A stretch of 64,000 bases of DNA from a virus (lineage: Duplodnaviria; Caudoviricetes): IMG/VR virus record IMGVR_UViG_3300033066_002242, positions 1 to 64,000 of that record. One strand, written 5' to 3'. The position numbers and the translations under genes were made by a program. This document shows positions 25,732 through 35,384 of the stretch, piece after piece. The first letter of the stretch is position 1, and the number at the start of each line of letters is the position of its first letter. The notes below the pieces were generated by a model. That model did not search any database, was not told the DNA's origin, and was given only the letters and a program-made list of their open reading frames with translations.

Positions 25732-26187
25732 ATGAGTGGAGGACACTATGGATACGTCGACCGTAACTTCGGGTACTTTGCAGAGAAGCTGGAGAAAGAC
25801 GTCGAGGCGGAGGAGGACATCAACATCCGGGAGCGCATGGACCTTATCCTGCGTCTGGCAAATCTCACCGGGGATTTGGCTCATGAACTGGATCTCATGA
25901 TGTCGAGCGATACCGGGCCGGAGACCTTCCGGGAGCGCACATTTGACATTCTGAAGTACAGCGGGTTGGAGGTGTACGCAGTGACTTACCTGCCTCCAGA
26001 CACGTCAGCCTTGATGCCCATCGAGGACTTCCGCGACCACGTCATCAACGGCGCCATCATTGATGAAGATGGCGAAGGATTCTTCTCGTACCCTCAAGGT
26101 ACTGACCGGTCAACGCCGGTTAAGCTGGCTGGCAAGAAAACATTCTACCCCCCTGAAGCAACCCACGTGGAGTGGTATAACCGATGA
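25732..26187 (+). CDS. Two-domain hypothetical protein
   Basis: [12 protein letters not shown] domain fused to an [15 protein letters not shown] domain. Confidence 0.75.
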   Translation: MSGGHYGYVDRNFGYFAEKLEKDVEAEEDINIRERMDLILRLANLTGDLAHELDLMMSSDTGPETFRERTFDILKYSGLEVYAVTYLPPDTSALMPIEDFRDHVINGAIIDEDGEGFFSYPQGTDRSTPVKLAGKKTFYPPEATHVEWYNR

Positions 26188-27107
26188 AACAGTATCTCGA
26201 TTTTCTGTGGGAGGTCCTCAACCACGGCACTCATAAAAGCGACCGCACCGGCACCGGCACGACGTCAATGTTTGGTCACCAGATGCGCTTCGACCTGAGC
26301 GACGGCTTTCCGCTGCTGACCACCAAGAAGGTGCACCTGAAGTCCATCATCCATGAACTGCTGTGGTTCCTCTCCGGCAGCACCAACATCCAGTACTTGC
26401 GGGAGAACGGCGTAAAAATCTGGGACGACTGGGCGTCCGACGAGGGGTACCTTGGTCCTGTGTACGGGGCACAGTGGCGGCGGTGGGAGAAGACGGACGG
26501 CAGACACGTAGACCAGATAGCCGAGGTCGTGCGCCAGCTGAAGGAAGACCCAGACTCCCGCCGTATCATCGTCTCTGCCTGGAACGTCGGGGACCTGGAC
26601 AAGATGGCCCTGCCCCCTTGTCATGCCTTCTTCCAGTTTTGGACACGTGAGATTTCTCATGCAGAACGCTTCAGCGTGTTCGCTACGAAGTACCTTGGCA
26701 GCGGTTTGACGGCCAGGGATATACCGGATCCTAACGTCGAGGCGCAGAAGGCCCTCTTCGACAAGATGGGCGTCCCTACCCGCAAGCTTTCCTGCCAACT
26801 GTACCAGCGCAGCGCTGATGTATTCCTCGGCGTCCCCTTCAACATTGCCAGCTACTCGCTGCTGACAATGATGCTGGCGCAAGTGTGCGGCATGGAGCCA
26901 GGCGAGTTCGTATGGGCAGGGGGCGACTGCCACGTCTACGACAACCACCAGGAACAAGTGGCGCTGCAGATGACTCGCCGACCGCACCGCCTGCCGACCA
27001 TGCACCTGAACCCGGAAGTGAAAGATATCTTCTCCTTCTCCTACGAGGACTTTACACTTCAGGGATACGTCTGCGATCCGGCTATACCGGCCCCTGTCGC
27101 CGTATAG
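26184..27107 (+). CDS. thyA: Thymidylate synthase
   Basis: [57 protein letters not shown]. Confidence 0.97.
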   Translation: MKQYLDFLWEVLNHGTHKSDRTGTGTTSMFGHQMRFDLSDGFPLLTTKKVHLKSIIHELLWFLSGSTNIQYLRENGVKIWDDWASDEGYLGPVYGAQWRRWEKTDGRHVDQIAEVVRQLKEDPDSRRIIVSAWNVGDLDKMALPPCHAFFQFWTREISHAERFSVFATKYLGSGLTARDIPDPNVEAQKALFDKMGVPTRKLSCQLYQRSADVFLGVPFNIASYSLLTMMLAQVCGMEPGEFVWAGGDCHVYDNHQEQVALQMTRRPHRLPTMHLNPEVKDIFSFSYEDFTLQGYVCDPAIPAPVAV

Positions 27108-27116
27108 GGAGGAAGT

Positions 27117-27248
27117 ATGGGAAAGGTACGTCGCGTGGTGTTCGGCCTGCTGTTCATGGCCTTGGTGTTCCTGGTAGCCCTGATTGCCTGGGTGCTCGGT
27201 ATCAACCCCTTTGAGGGAGAGGATGATGTTGACTCCGACCCAGATTGA
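27117..27248 (+). CDS. 43-aa single-TM peptide (absent from ORF track)
   Basis: GGAGG RBS; MGKVRRVVFGLLFMALVFLVALIAWVLGINPFEGEDDVDSDPD. Confidence 0.7.
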   Translation: MGKVRRVVFGLLFMALVFLVALIAWVLGINPFEGEDDVDSDPD

Positions 27249-27462
27249 AGCGACGTACCCGCCTGAAGTTGTGGATGCGTGGTGGTGGCTGGACATTCAC
27301 TGCCGCCACTACGCCACCCTGCACGCTGCCCAGCAGACCCTGAGCACCCTGACGGACGAGGAACGTCCGATAGCGGAGGCTCACCTGGAGACCCTGCGCA
27401 ATGCGGGGCTCCTGCGACAGGGGTCGTTCTACAAGGGGAATTTCATCAAGGAAAAGCTCTGA
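27223..27462 (+). CDS. Hypothetical protein
   Basis: RBS before ATG 27223. Confidence 0.65.
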   Translation: MMLTPTQIEATYPPEVVDAWWWLDIHCRHYATLHAAQQTLSTLTDEERPIAEAHLETLRNAGLLRQGSFYKGNFIKEKL

Positions 27463-27466
27463 AGTT

Positions 27467-27495
27467 TCAATAATTTACACCTTTTTGGGTATAAG
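27467..27495 (+). promoter_or_regulatory. Early promoter TCAATA-N15-GGTATAAG
   Basis: Same spacing as the five repeat copies but a different spacer sequence. Confidence 0.75.
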
Positions 27496-27560
27496 AATAG
27501 TGTGGAAGAGACATACGTCATTTCTACATTTCCTTAATCTCTTGCAAGAGGTGTTTCACT

Positions 27561-27785
27561 ATGGCTACTCAGCCCCAAGTTGTAGATTTCGCACAAGCCC
27601 AGCAACAGCAGCAAGCAGCCCAGCCGGGCTGGTATACCCGCAACAAGTCGTGGGCGGTGCCGACCGCCACGTTTGCCGGCGGCGTTGCCGTTGGCGTCGC
27701 AGGCGTTAAAGCCTACGACTGGCTCACGTCGGAAGACGAAGCCGACGTCGTCTCCCAGGCTCCGGCCTCCCGCAAGACCCCCTAA
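27561..27785 (+). CDS. Small single-TM Gly-rich protein
   Basis: FAGGVAVGVAGV; GAGGTG RBS; own promoter and terminator. Confidence 0.8.
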   Translation: MATQPQVVDFAQAQQQQQAAQPGWYTRNKSWAVPTATFAGGVAVGVAGVKAYDWLTSEDEADVVSQAPASRKTP

Positions 27786-27794
27786 CGGGGGGTG

Positions 27795-27823
27795 ACCCCG
27801 CGCTTCGGCGCGGGGTTTTCTTT
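27795..27823 (+). terminator. Intrinsic terminator
   Basis: ACCCCGCGC-TTCG-GCGCGGGGT-TTT. Confidence 0.9.
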
Positions 27824-27858
27824 ACTGCAAAAACATCAATCATCAAAGAGGTTTCATC

Positions 27859-28251
27859 ATGCAAACTCAAAAAGCTGTTTCCATCTCCAAGCTGATCGCC
27901 ACCCTGCACGAGAAGGTGACGGCGGACTCCTCATCGACGGCGCACGTCGACCGCGCCATCGCGCTGTTGAACCGCACGGCCAAGGTGCTGGACAGCGGCT
28001 CTGATGAAGAAGGCGATAAGTTGATCGCTGACCTCGAAGCGCTGCACCGCGATATGGACGACGCGGCTGAAGACCTGCCTCGCAAGCGGTCCATGGTCGG
28101 CGCCGTCATGGCTGTCGGCGGGCTGCTGGCTGCCTACGGCGGTGCGCTGGCCGGTAAGAAGGAGGTCGCCCTTGTCGGGGCGGTCGTGATGTACATCGGC
28201 GCTATCGTGGTTGCCCTCGGCAACCTGAAGGAGAAGACGGCCGAGGTCTAA
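27859..28251 (+). CDS. Protein with two C-terminal TM helices
   Basis: GAGG RBS; hydrophobic hairpin. Confidence 0.8.
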   Translation: MQTQKAVSISKLIATLHEKVTADSSSTAHVDRAIALLNRTAKVLDSGSDEEGDKLIADLEALHRDMDDAAEDLPRKRSMVGAVMAVGGLLAAYGGALAGKKEVALVGAVVMYIGAIVVALGNLKEKTAEV

Positions 28252-28262
28252 CCTCCAAAAAG

Positions 28263-28289
28263 AAAACCCGGACATGTCCGGGTTTTTTT
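28263..28289. terminator. Bidirectional terminator at the early/late convergence
   Basis: Perfect palindrome AAAACCCGGACATGTCCGGGTTTT. Confidence 0.85.
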
Positions 28290-28298
28290 AGCCTGAAA

Positions 28299-29396
28299 TC
28301 AAGGACCGTCCTTAGGCCCGCCCGAGTCGCTGCTGCCAGCAAACACCCCGCCGTGCTTGTGAGACGCCAGGTGGATCAACTCGGTCGTCCCGTCATAGAC
28401 GATGAAGTCGGTGGCGCGCAGTGGCTTGTTGGAAGTCAGATGGTCCTTGGAGAGCGTGTACACCGCGTCATCCAGGGTCACGGTCACCGCTCCGTTGACG
28501 ATGTTCAGGGAAGTGGGGGTCACATCCCCGGCAACTTCTACGGTCACCGAGGTGCCGTTCGTGGTGACAGTCACATCCCCGGCAACTTCTACGGTCACCG
28601 AGGTGCCGTTCGTGGTGACAGTCACGTTGCCGGTGTGGACGACTTCCTCGCCACCGGCAGAGATAGTGCGCTGGAAAGACGTTGGGCGGCCCGTAGAGGC
28701 GTGTGTCGCCTGCTGGACGTACACTATGGGGTCTTCGTCCTCAACCGCTGCCGTAGCGCCCTGCCACGCAGCCTGGAGTGCCAGTGCAGAGTTGGTGGCG
28801 CCCGTAGCCTCTACATATGCAGGCTGGTTGGCCCGCTGGTCTGCCAGGGAAGCGTAGACCTCCTCGTAGCGGTAGGTGGCGTTGCCGACGTTGGCATGCA
28901 CTTCGGTGGAGGCGTCAGTAAGCAGTTCGTGGCGCCGGGAGGTGATGCGCACCAGGGCCGCCAGGCGGGACAGGAAGATGCTGCTCAGGGCATGGGCCTT
29001 GAGCATGATGCCGCCGCCCAGCATGGCCACGATCAGGCCGCGCAAGCCGCCGCCCAAGGTATGGTCGCCGGGGACGGAGTCAGAAGGGGAGCGGTTGCTG
29101 CCAGTGGTGCCTGCCTGGGTGCCGCCTGATGTCACTGACGGCATGGCAGTGCCGGAGCCCATCGACATGGCAGGCTGGGAGGCGTTGGCAGTGATTTGGG
29201 AGTCTAGTTCAAAAAGCAGGTAAGGAATGCCGCCGACAAAGGTCAGTGCGGCTCGACTCTTCGACGCCGGGACTCCGTTAGCGCCAAAGGCTTGGCACCA
29301 ACGGGCATCCACGATGCACATGTTGTCCGATTCCCGAAAGCACTTCGCCGTCTTGGTCTTCTCGTCTACCGACTCGACTCGGACAATGATGAACAT
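28299..29396 (-). CDS. Baseplate central spike (gpV-like)
   Basis: N-terminal OB-like domain, beta-helix repeats and C-terminal SHKHGGV..G...SGGP apex motif. Confidence 0.8.
   Translation of the reverse strand: MFIIVRVESVDEKTKTAKCFRESDNMCIVDARWCQAFGANGVPASKSRAALTFVGGIPYLLFELDSQITANASQPAMSMGSGTAMPSVTSGGTQAGTTGSNRSPSDSVPGDHTLGGGLRGLIVAMLGGGIMLKAHALSSIFLSRLAALVRITSRRHELLTDASTEVHANVGNATYRYEEVYASLADQRANQPAYVEATGATNSALALQAAWQGATAAVEDEDPIVYVQQATHASTGRPTSFQRTISAGGEEVVHTGNVTVTTNGTSVTVEVAGDVTVTTNGTSVTVEVAGDVTPTSLNIVNGAVTVTLDDAVYTLSKDHLTSNKPLRATDFIVYDGTTELIHLASHKHGGVFAGSSDSGGPKDGP
28519..28625. repeat. Exact 51-bp tandem duplication in the spike gene
   Basis: Encodes VTVTTNGTSVTVEVAGD twice. Confidence 0.9.
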
Positions 29397-29399
29397 GGC

Positions 29400-30110
29400 T
29401 TAGCTGATATCGACAGGGACAACCCGGTCAAACGCGGCCGACACACCTTGCATCATGGTCGGCTGAGTGGAGGCGAAGGAAAAGTCCAGGCCCCCGATCA
29501 TCACGTTCTCCAGATACACAGCTGCCAACACGCGCCCATTACTGGCATCCGCAGCGCCATGGCCCCGGGTCTTGAACAGCAGCAGCATGCCGAAGGGCAC
29601 GTTGGTCAGTTCAGAGTCCAGGTTAAGCCAGACATTGCCGTTGCCACCAGCTGCCGCCGTGGTCAGGTCGTTGTTGCCGTTGACGCCGTAGACGTCGAGG
29701 CCGACCTTGCTCATTTGCCGGCGGCTGATTTGGGTCAGCACGTTCAGCAGGGTCGGGACGTCAGCCAGCATCTGCTGCAGGCCCAGGGAGCATCCCGTCT
29801 TGCCGCGGGTGAAGAACGACCGGTTGGAGCCGATTTCGTACAACTGCGCCAGCTGGCCGTTCTGGCTGACCGAGATGTTCTCGATCAGGCCCACCGGCAC
29901 CAAGTCAGCGTGCGCCCCGTAGCCCTGGAACCGGGGAGGTCCGGCCAGGATAGCGGTGGAGTCCGGAGTGGCGCTGAGAAGGTTGAATCGCTCTACGCCG
30001 AATTCCGTGCCCCCGGAGCCGAGGCCGGAAACGTAGCTGTTCTTCCAATCCCAACCGGGGTCATACAGGTTGCTGCCGGTACCCAGCAGGGTTTCATCGT
30101 TAGCGGCCAT
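29400..30110 (-). CDS. Tail tube-like protein
   Basis: VGLIENISVSQ...LYEIGS; follows the sheath gene. Confidence 0.65.
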   Translation of the reverse strand: MAANDETLLGTGSNLYDPGWDWKNSYVSGLGSGGTEFGVERFNLLSATPDSTAILAGPPRFQGYGAHADLVPVGLIENISVSQNGQLAQLYEIGSNRSFFTRGKTGCSLGLQQMLADVPTLLNVLTQISRRQMSKVGLDVYGVNGNNDLTTAAAGGNGNVWLNLDSELTNVPFGMLLLFKTRGHGAADASNGRVLAAVYLENVMIGGLDFSFASTQPTMMQGVSAAFDRVVPVDIS

Positions 30111-30113
30111 GGA

Positions 30114-33100
30114 TCAGACCTCCAGAGTGATGTCGATGTAGTTGGTGGGGTCCACGATAGCACAGGACAGCACTACGATCATGCGATCCGGATTTTCCGT
30201 GCTCTGTTCCATCGTCTTGATCTTGAAACCCAGCAGAGGCGGGCCAATGATGGTATCCGTTTGTCCCATCAGCAGCTTGGCCTTGCCCTGCAGCACGGTG
30301 CGAGCCGTGGTGTACAGACCGGCGGTCTGGTTCCACTTGCCGACGAAGGGATCCATGACGTCCAGGAAGGTGTAGGCCAGGAAGTCGAGGTTCCGGGTCT
30401 TCATCTGCTCCTGGTAGAACAGCGCCGTGGTGTCCGTGGTCAAGGCGTGGGAGACGTAAGGTACGCCTTCCGGAACCTTCTGCACCATGAAGCAGATACC
30501 GGCGCTGGCCAGGTCACGCATCTGGGTGCGGCTGAAGTAGAAGTTGCTGTGGGCAATGTCGCTGATGCCGACCGTCGCCATCCGGGTGAAGTTCTGCTGT
30601 GGACGGGCCGCGGCGCAGACACCGACGTGCTCGGCCACCAGGTACATGCCGCTGACCTGGGTGGGAGTGCCGCCGATCTCGATGGTGGCTTCGTCTGGCT
30701 GGATGTGCCACATCCGACGGTCCTTCAGTGTCGTGCTGAACGCCTTCAGGTACTGGATCTGGTAGTCCTTGGAGGCCTGGCGGTAGATCGAGTACGGCAC
30801 AAAGGCGGTGCTGCTGGTTGGCACGGCCCCGGTCGGGCGGTTCGCCAGGTTGCCCGTGTAGGACGACGGGTACGTTGTGCCGCCGAACGGAGCGATCTTG
30901 AGCGTATGGGCGTCGATGACTTCCGCCACCTGCCACAGTCCGATGAAGCTGGATGCAGAAGTGCCGGACGGCAAGGCGCTGCCATCGGGTATGGCGAAGT
31001 TCGGAATCTCCACGATGTCATTCGGAGAAATGGCCTTGCTCAGGAAGTCCACGTTCTGGTCGACAATGCGGGTGGTGTAGCTGGTCGAGTTGTACTGCGG
31101 CAGGCCCACCAGGTTGTTGGACACCACCTGGTACACAAAACCGGCTTCCAGCTCGTCGGTGATGTCGCCACCGGCCAGGTACTGCTTGGTCGGGTACGCG
31201 ATGTTGACCACCGCCAAGCGCCAGGAGTTTTCCGAAGGCGTGGACATGCCATCCACGTGCGCCTTGTAGACGGTGGCAATGGCAGGGCTGCGGTTCATTA
31301 CCCCAAAGCAATGCACATCACGGCGGGTGGCCAGGTAGTCCATCGCGCCGACGTGGCCTTCCATGTCATCAGAAGCCACTGCGTAGCCGTAGATGGGCAC
31401 GCCGGTACCGCCGGTAGCGGTGTAAGCCACTTGTGCAGCCAGACCTAACGGGTTTTCCTCGCCGATGTAGCCAAACTGCGCATCGATAGCGGTCAAGGTA
31501 TTCCAGGACAGCAAGCGGTTGGACAGGTCGGTACGCAGCGCCCGGTAGCCCAGGTACACGGCATCGGCGTAGCGCAAGATGGACAGCGCCCAGGCCGAAG
31601 GCTCCGGTACATCACTGATCAGGCCGTATAAGGTGTTGACCCCGTCAGCATTGGCGCGACCCACAGAGTGGAAGTTGTAGGGAATGGTCACGAACCCGGA
31701 TGTCGTGGCGTCTTCGGTGTTCAGGTAGTTGGACGAGTAGATCAGCTTGGCCTGGCCGTCGTTGGGGTTGGTGGTCTTGTCCACCGCTTGCACGAAGCCG
31801 TTGCTGTCTTTGGTCAGGATCCACGGCGTAGCCTCGGCAGACGGAATCTGGTCCAGGGGAACGGTCAAGGTCGGCAGGACGCGGTACACGTCCATCGTAA
31901 CGTCGTCGTTCTCCAGGGCGTTGGCGGAGCCGTCGGTCAGCGCGGTGCGGACCACGTAGGTGGTCGTGGTGACAACGGTGTGAGGGACCAGGGCGGCAGA
32001 GGCGTACACCGTCCAGTCTGCACCGTCTGTGGTGCTGGCGCTGTTCACGTTGGCTACCAGTACCGACCCTTCGCCTACTGTCTTCTGGTGGGTAGTGCCT
32101 ACGGTGTAGGTACCGGTATCTACCTCTACCACCCAATACTGTCCAGCAGCAGTGCTGACAGGAAGGGTGGCGGAGTTGGCAGCGAGTACCAATGTGCCTT
32201 GGCTGGACACGGAGTCCACAGACACCGGGGTAAGCAGGGTGTCTTGTTCGACGGCTGCTCCTGCCAGAACCTTGCTGGAGGACCGGATGTACCAGTCGCT
32301 GCCGACCTTCTTGGTATCGCGAATAGACGCCGTGTAAGTGACCGGGGCAGAATCCAGCACCGGAGTCACTGCATCGCCAATGGCAGACACGCCCAAAGAC
32401 TGCGGAGAAGCTGTTCCCAGACCCAGGTACTCTGTAGTCGTATCAACTTCCATATGGTAGGAGCCGTACCACACCGAGTACTTGATGAGGTCGCCTTCCA
32501 GAGTGCTGGCAGCGCCGTCGTACGCATTGGCGTCAGGAGCGTACGCACCGCCGGTGCCTGTGCCATCCGGGTTGAAGACGGTGCCTGCCAGTTTGACCCA
32601 AGTGTCATCAAACGGCAGAGGCTGTCCACTGGCAGACAGTCGAATACGCTGTGCAATGTCCTTGGCATCCGCCAGGGTGTCCTTCAAAACAAACCCTGCG
32701 TTGGAAGTTGGAAAGTCACCGCCCGTCAACGCAACAAGGTACTTGCCGGAAGACCCAACCCATGGACCTGCTCCCGGGTTTGTACCTCCGATCAGCCAGT
32801 AGTCACCGCTCAACACGGCGCCGTTGAAGCCGCTACCAGCTATAGGCAGTACCGGAGAAGATGCGTTGATGGTGCCAGGCATGGCGTGGTGAATGCCATT
32901 GGCGGTGTTGCCTTCGATGCCTTCCAGGTACGCCTGGCGGACACTGTCCAGCAGCAGCACGTTCTGGCGGACCTGGGCGTTCTTGAACACCAGTTCAAAG
33001 CTGCCGGCCGAAACTTTCTGCCCAGCGATAGCCGCAGGCAGCGCCATCTGGAAATGACCGGCAGGCGGGTCGTTCCAACCCGAGCCAACGCCGGCGGCTC

Positions 33101-33335
33101 CCGGGGACACGTGATCGTTGAAGGTGTAGCCGGAAGCCGACGACTGGTACACGACCGGGTCATTGGGGTTGGCAATGGCGGCAATTTGGGCGACCTGGGA
33201 TTGCGCCGTACCCGCCTGCACGACGTTGTAGGCGGCGCCGATGACCACGCTGTTCAGGGACGCTGTAGTGCTGCTGGCGCCACCGGGATTGAGAATCTTC
33301 TGCGTGACATTGGCTGAAGGTTCGACGTAAGACAT
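30114..33335 (-). CDS. Tail sheath protein with large insertions
   Basis: C-terminal sheath domain (HALTTD...RNLDF...FVGKWN...PDR...PTNYIDITL). Confidence 0.85.
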   Translation of the reverse strand: MSYVEPSANVTQKILNPGGASSTTASLNSVVIGAAYNVVQAGTAQSQVAQIAAIANPNDPVVYQSSASGYTFNDHVSPGAAGVGSGWNDPPAGHFQMALPAAIAGQKVSAGSFELVFKNAQVRQNVLLLDSVRQAYLEGIEGNTANGIHHAMPGTINASSPVLPIAGSGFNGAVLSGDYWLIGGTNPGAGPWVGSSGKYLVALTGGDFPTSNAGFVLKDTLADAKDIAQRIRLSASGQPLPFDDTWVKLAGTVFNPDGTGTGGAYAPDANAYDGAASTLEGDLIKYSVWYGSYHMEVDTTTEYLGLGTASPQSLGVSAIGDAVTPVLDSAPVTYTASIRDTKKVGSDWYIRSSSKVLAGAAVEQDTLLTPVSVDSVSSQGTLVLAANSATLPVSTAAGQYWVVEVDTGTYTVGTTHQKTVGEGSVLVANVNSASTTDGADWTVYASAALVPHTVVTTTTYVVRTALTDGSANALENDDVTMDVYRVLPTLTVPLDQIPSAEATPWILTKDSNGFVQAVDKTTNPNDGQAKLIYSSNYLNTEDATTSGFVTIPYNFHSVGRANADGVNTLYGLISDVPEPSAWALSILRYADAVYLGYRALRTDLSNRLLSWNTLTAIDAQFGYIGEENPLGLAAQVAYTATGGTGVPIYGYAVASDDMEGHVGAMDYLATRRDVHCFGVMNRSPAIATVYKAHVDGMSTPSENSWRLAVVNIAYPTKQYLAGGDITDELEAGFVYQVVSNNLVGLPQYNSTSYTTRIVDQNVDFLSKAISPNDIVEIPNFAIPDGSALPSGTSASSFIGLWQVAEVIDAHTLKIAPFGGTTYPSSYTGNLANRPTGAVPTSSTAFVPYSIYRQASKDYQIQYLKAFSTTLKDRRMWHIQPDEATIEIGGTPTQVSGMYLVAEHVGVCAAARPQQNFTRMATVGISDIAHSNFYFSRTQMRDLASAGICFMVQKVPEGVPYVSHALTTDTTALFYQEQMKTRNLDFLAYTFLDVMDPFVGKWNQTAGLYTTARTVLQGKAKLLMGQTDTIIGPPLLGFKIKTMEQSTENPDRMIVVLSCAIVDPTNYIDITLEV

Positions 33336-33345
33336 TGTCTGCTCC

Positions 33346-34014
33346 TCACTGTGACTGTTCCACCAAGCTGGTCAGGATACCCTTCAGCTGTGGTCCGATG
33401 TTTTGTGCCACCCACTTCATCTCCAGCGTATAAGGCTGCTGAAGGTCGATGACCCACTTGTCTTTTTCATCCTTGTCCCGCAACGGGCGGGACACCATCA
33501 ACGGCCCCAGGTTCTTGAACCCCTGGCTGTTGCAGATATAGGGCTTGGAGGCCGTCAGGTACTTCATGACCAGGTTGCCGAGCAACTCACAAGTCCCGAA
33601 GTTCCAGGTGATGATTCGGATGCTGACCGCGCCATTCACCATGGACAGGTACATGGTACGGTCCTGCTGCCCGTGTTCAGACACTCCAAACGACGCCGCA
33701 TTGTCTGTCAGGGATACCGGTGACACCTGGTAGTCCCCTCTTCCGATCAGGATGACAGGCTTGGCTCCGGGTGCATGATCCGGTGCCTGGTCGTCCGTAA
33801 CGCGAATGTCAATGTGGCTGCTGCCATGTTCTTCCGAGTATTTTACGCTATCCGGTGCAGAAGTCCGGAAAAGATAACGCAGAATGTCCCGGAATGTCGG
33901 GGCGATGGAGGATGGGTTGAAGGTGGTGAAGAACTTCAGGGCCGGATCAACGTGATCCGGTGTCGTCAGGAGAGGCCCTTCAGGCTCTCGGACGCGCGGC
34001 ACCAAAGGTGTCAT
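33346..34014 (-). CDS. Putative tail terminator/completion protein
   Basis: Position upstream of sheath; ATGA overlap at 34014. Confidence 0.5.
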   Translation of the reverse strand: MTPLVPRVREPEGPLLTTPDHVDPALKFFTTFNPSSIAPTFRDILRYLFRTSAPDSVKYSEEHGSSHIDIRVTDDQAPDHAPGAKPVILIGRGDYQVSPVSLTDNAASFGVSEHGQQDRTMYLSMVNGAVSIRIITWNFGTCELLGNLVMKYLTASKPYICNSQGFKNLGPLMVSRPLRDKDEKDKWVIDLQQPYTLEMKWVAQNIGPQLKGILTSLVEQSQ

Positions 34015-34940
34015 TGGTCTATTACTCCTTCCCTTATTACTCCTTCTCTTTCCAGCAGGAGGTACTCCACACAGCTGGGAGGCAGCTGCACCATGACGAG
34101 CAATTGCCGAACGGTCACGGTCTGCAGGACGGTGTTTTGCACCCGTTCTACCCGGTACACACGGCGCTCCGGAAGATGAATGACCAGGTCGTTGGTGTTG
34201 ATGTTGGGGTACGCCACCGTCCATGCCTGCAACGTCGCCGGTTCTGTCCTGCCCTCGTCGGTAGGGGAGTCAGTCTCCGTCACCGAGTCGTAGTTGAGCA
34301 GGGTGTCGATGCCTCGGTAGTACCCGCCTTGGTAGGTGGTGCCAAAGCATACCGGGCAGAAGTCGTCGACTGACATGCGCCGTACGGCATCCCAGCAGCG
34401 AGTGCAACGATATCCGTATTTGCCTTGCTGCACCTTCTTCAGTATCAGGCTGCGCACTCCGTTATAGCGGCTGAGCAGGATCCACTCCCGGCGATTGATC
34501 TCCTTCTTGCGGAGGTAGTGCCATGGCGATAGGACGTTCTCATGTGTAATGGGCGCGGAGTACCCTAACGACACGTCCCCCTGCCACACCTGGATGACAT
34601 AGTAGTCGTGCTGGTATTTGGATGCCAACAGCGTCGTCTCGTCCCGGTAGCTGGGGTCGGACAAAGGGGCAGCGTTGAGCTTGACGAAGGGGCCTTCCGG
34701 AGATTCTGACCGGTACACGTCGAATACGGGCGACGGCCAGGCCGGGTCCGGGAACCAGATCAGGTTGGCCGAGGAGAACCAACTGGGGAATAGCTTGCCG
34801 GTGAAGCCCGGGATGACCGAGGTACTGACTGGCAGGCGTATCTTGTTGCCTTGGCGCGGCTGCTCCTTGTCCGCAGGCAAGTCAACCTGATGCCCTGGCG
34901 TGTAGAGCAGATGCAAGGTATCCAGGGTTGAAGTCAGCAT
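34011..34940 (-). CDS. Putative neck/head-closure protein with Ig/Fn3-like N-terminus and Zn finger
   Basis: FDVYRSESPEGPF; CTRC..CPVCFGT..GGY; RVYRV. Confidence 0.55.
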   Translation of the reverse strand: MLTSTLDTLHLLYTPGHQVDLPADKEQPRQGNKIRLPVSTSVIPGFTGKLFPSWFSSANLIWFPDPAWPSPVFDVYRSESPEGPFVKLNAAPLSDPSYRDETTLLASKYQHDYYVIQVWQGDVSLGYSAPITHENVLSPWHYLRKKEINRREWILLSRYNGVRSLILKKVQQGKYGYRCTRCWDAVRRMSVDDFCPVCFGTTYQGGYYRGIDTLLNYDSVTETDSPTDEGRTEPATLQAWTVAYPNINTNDLVIHLPERRVYRVERVQNTVLQTVTVRQLLVMVQLPPSCVEYLLLEREGVIREGVIDQ

Positions 34941-34943
34941 GGG

Positions 34944-35384
34944 TCACCAGGTCGGGAAGTTGCGGTAGTCGGAACCCACCGAACCCCACCCGCTTTCGAT
35001 GTTCATCTGGATCTTGATCTGGCGCGCCAAGTCCGTTGCCATGCGCCCGAACAGGTTGGCCAGGCTCAGAAACATCTCGTAGCGCTCTTCGATTGGTATT
35101 TGCAGACCACCGTCGGAGTAGTTCATCTGGTTGCGCGCCGCCATGGCAGCCTGCCCTTCATACAGGGTCTGGGCGGTCAGGTAGTACAGCACCTTGATGT
35201 AGTTCTGAGGGAACGATACCAGCGTGTACTGGGTGATCGGCTGCATCCCGTTGAAGGAAGATATCGCCAAGCCGATGGCCAGGTTGACGCGGGAGTCCGA
35301 AAACTCCAACCCGTCAATCAACAGGTTGTTCTCAGGGCTGTCTGCCAGGAACTGCCGGATCTCATCAGGGGTTAACGTGGCCAC
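34944..35384 (-). CDS. Putative head-tail adaptor
   Basis: AGGAGG RBS with GTG start; IRQFL.D...RNQMNYSDGG. Confidence 0.55.
   Translation of the reverse strand: MATLTPDEIRQFLADSPENNLLIDGLEFSDSRVNLAIGLAISSFNGMQPITQYTLVSFPQNYIKVLYYLTAQTLYEGQAAMAARNQMNYSDGGLQIPIEERYEMFLSLANLFGRMATDLARQIKIQMNIESGWGSVGSDYRNFPTW

Noticed and set aside
26184-27107. ThyA as a base-modifying dCMP/dUMP hydroxymethylase
   Set aside because: The dUMP-specifying Asn (PFNIASY) and all canonical motifs are kept; the insertion after FQFW is at a commonly variable position.
29292-31448. Long antisense ORFs (also 31668-33317, 42584-44128, 50412-52496, 18577-19683, 26265-27296)
   Set aside because: Shadow frames of codon-biased GC-rich genes; no RBS or recognisable domains.
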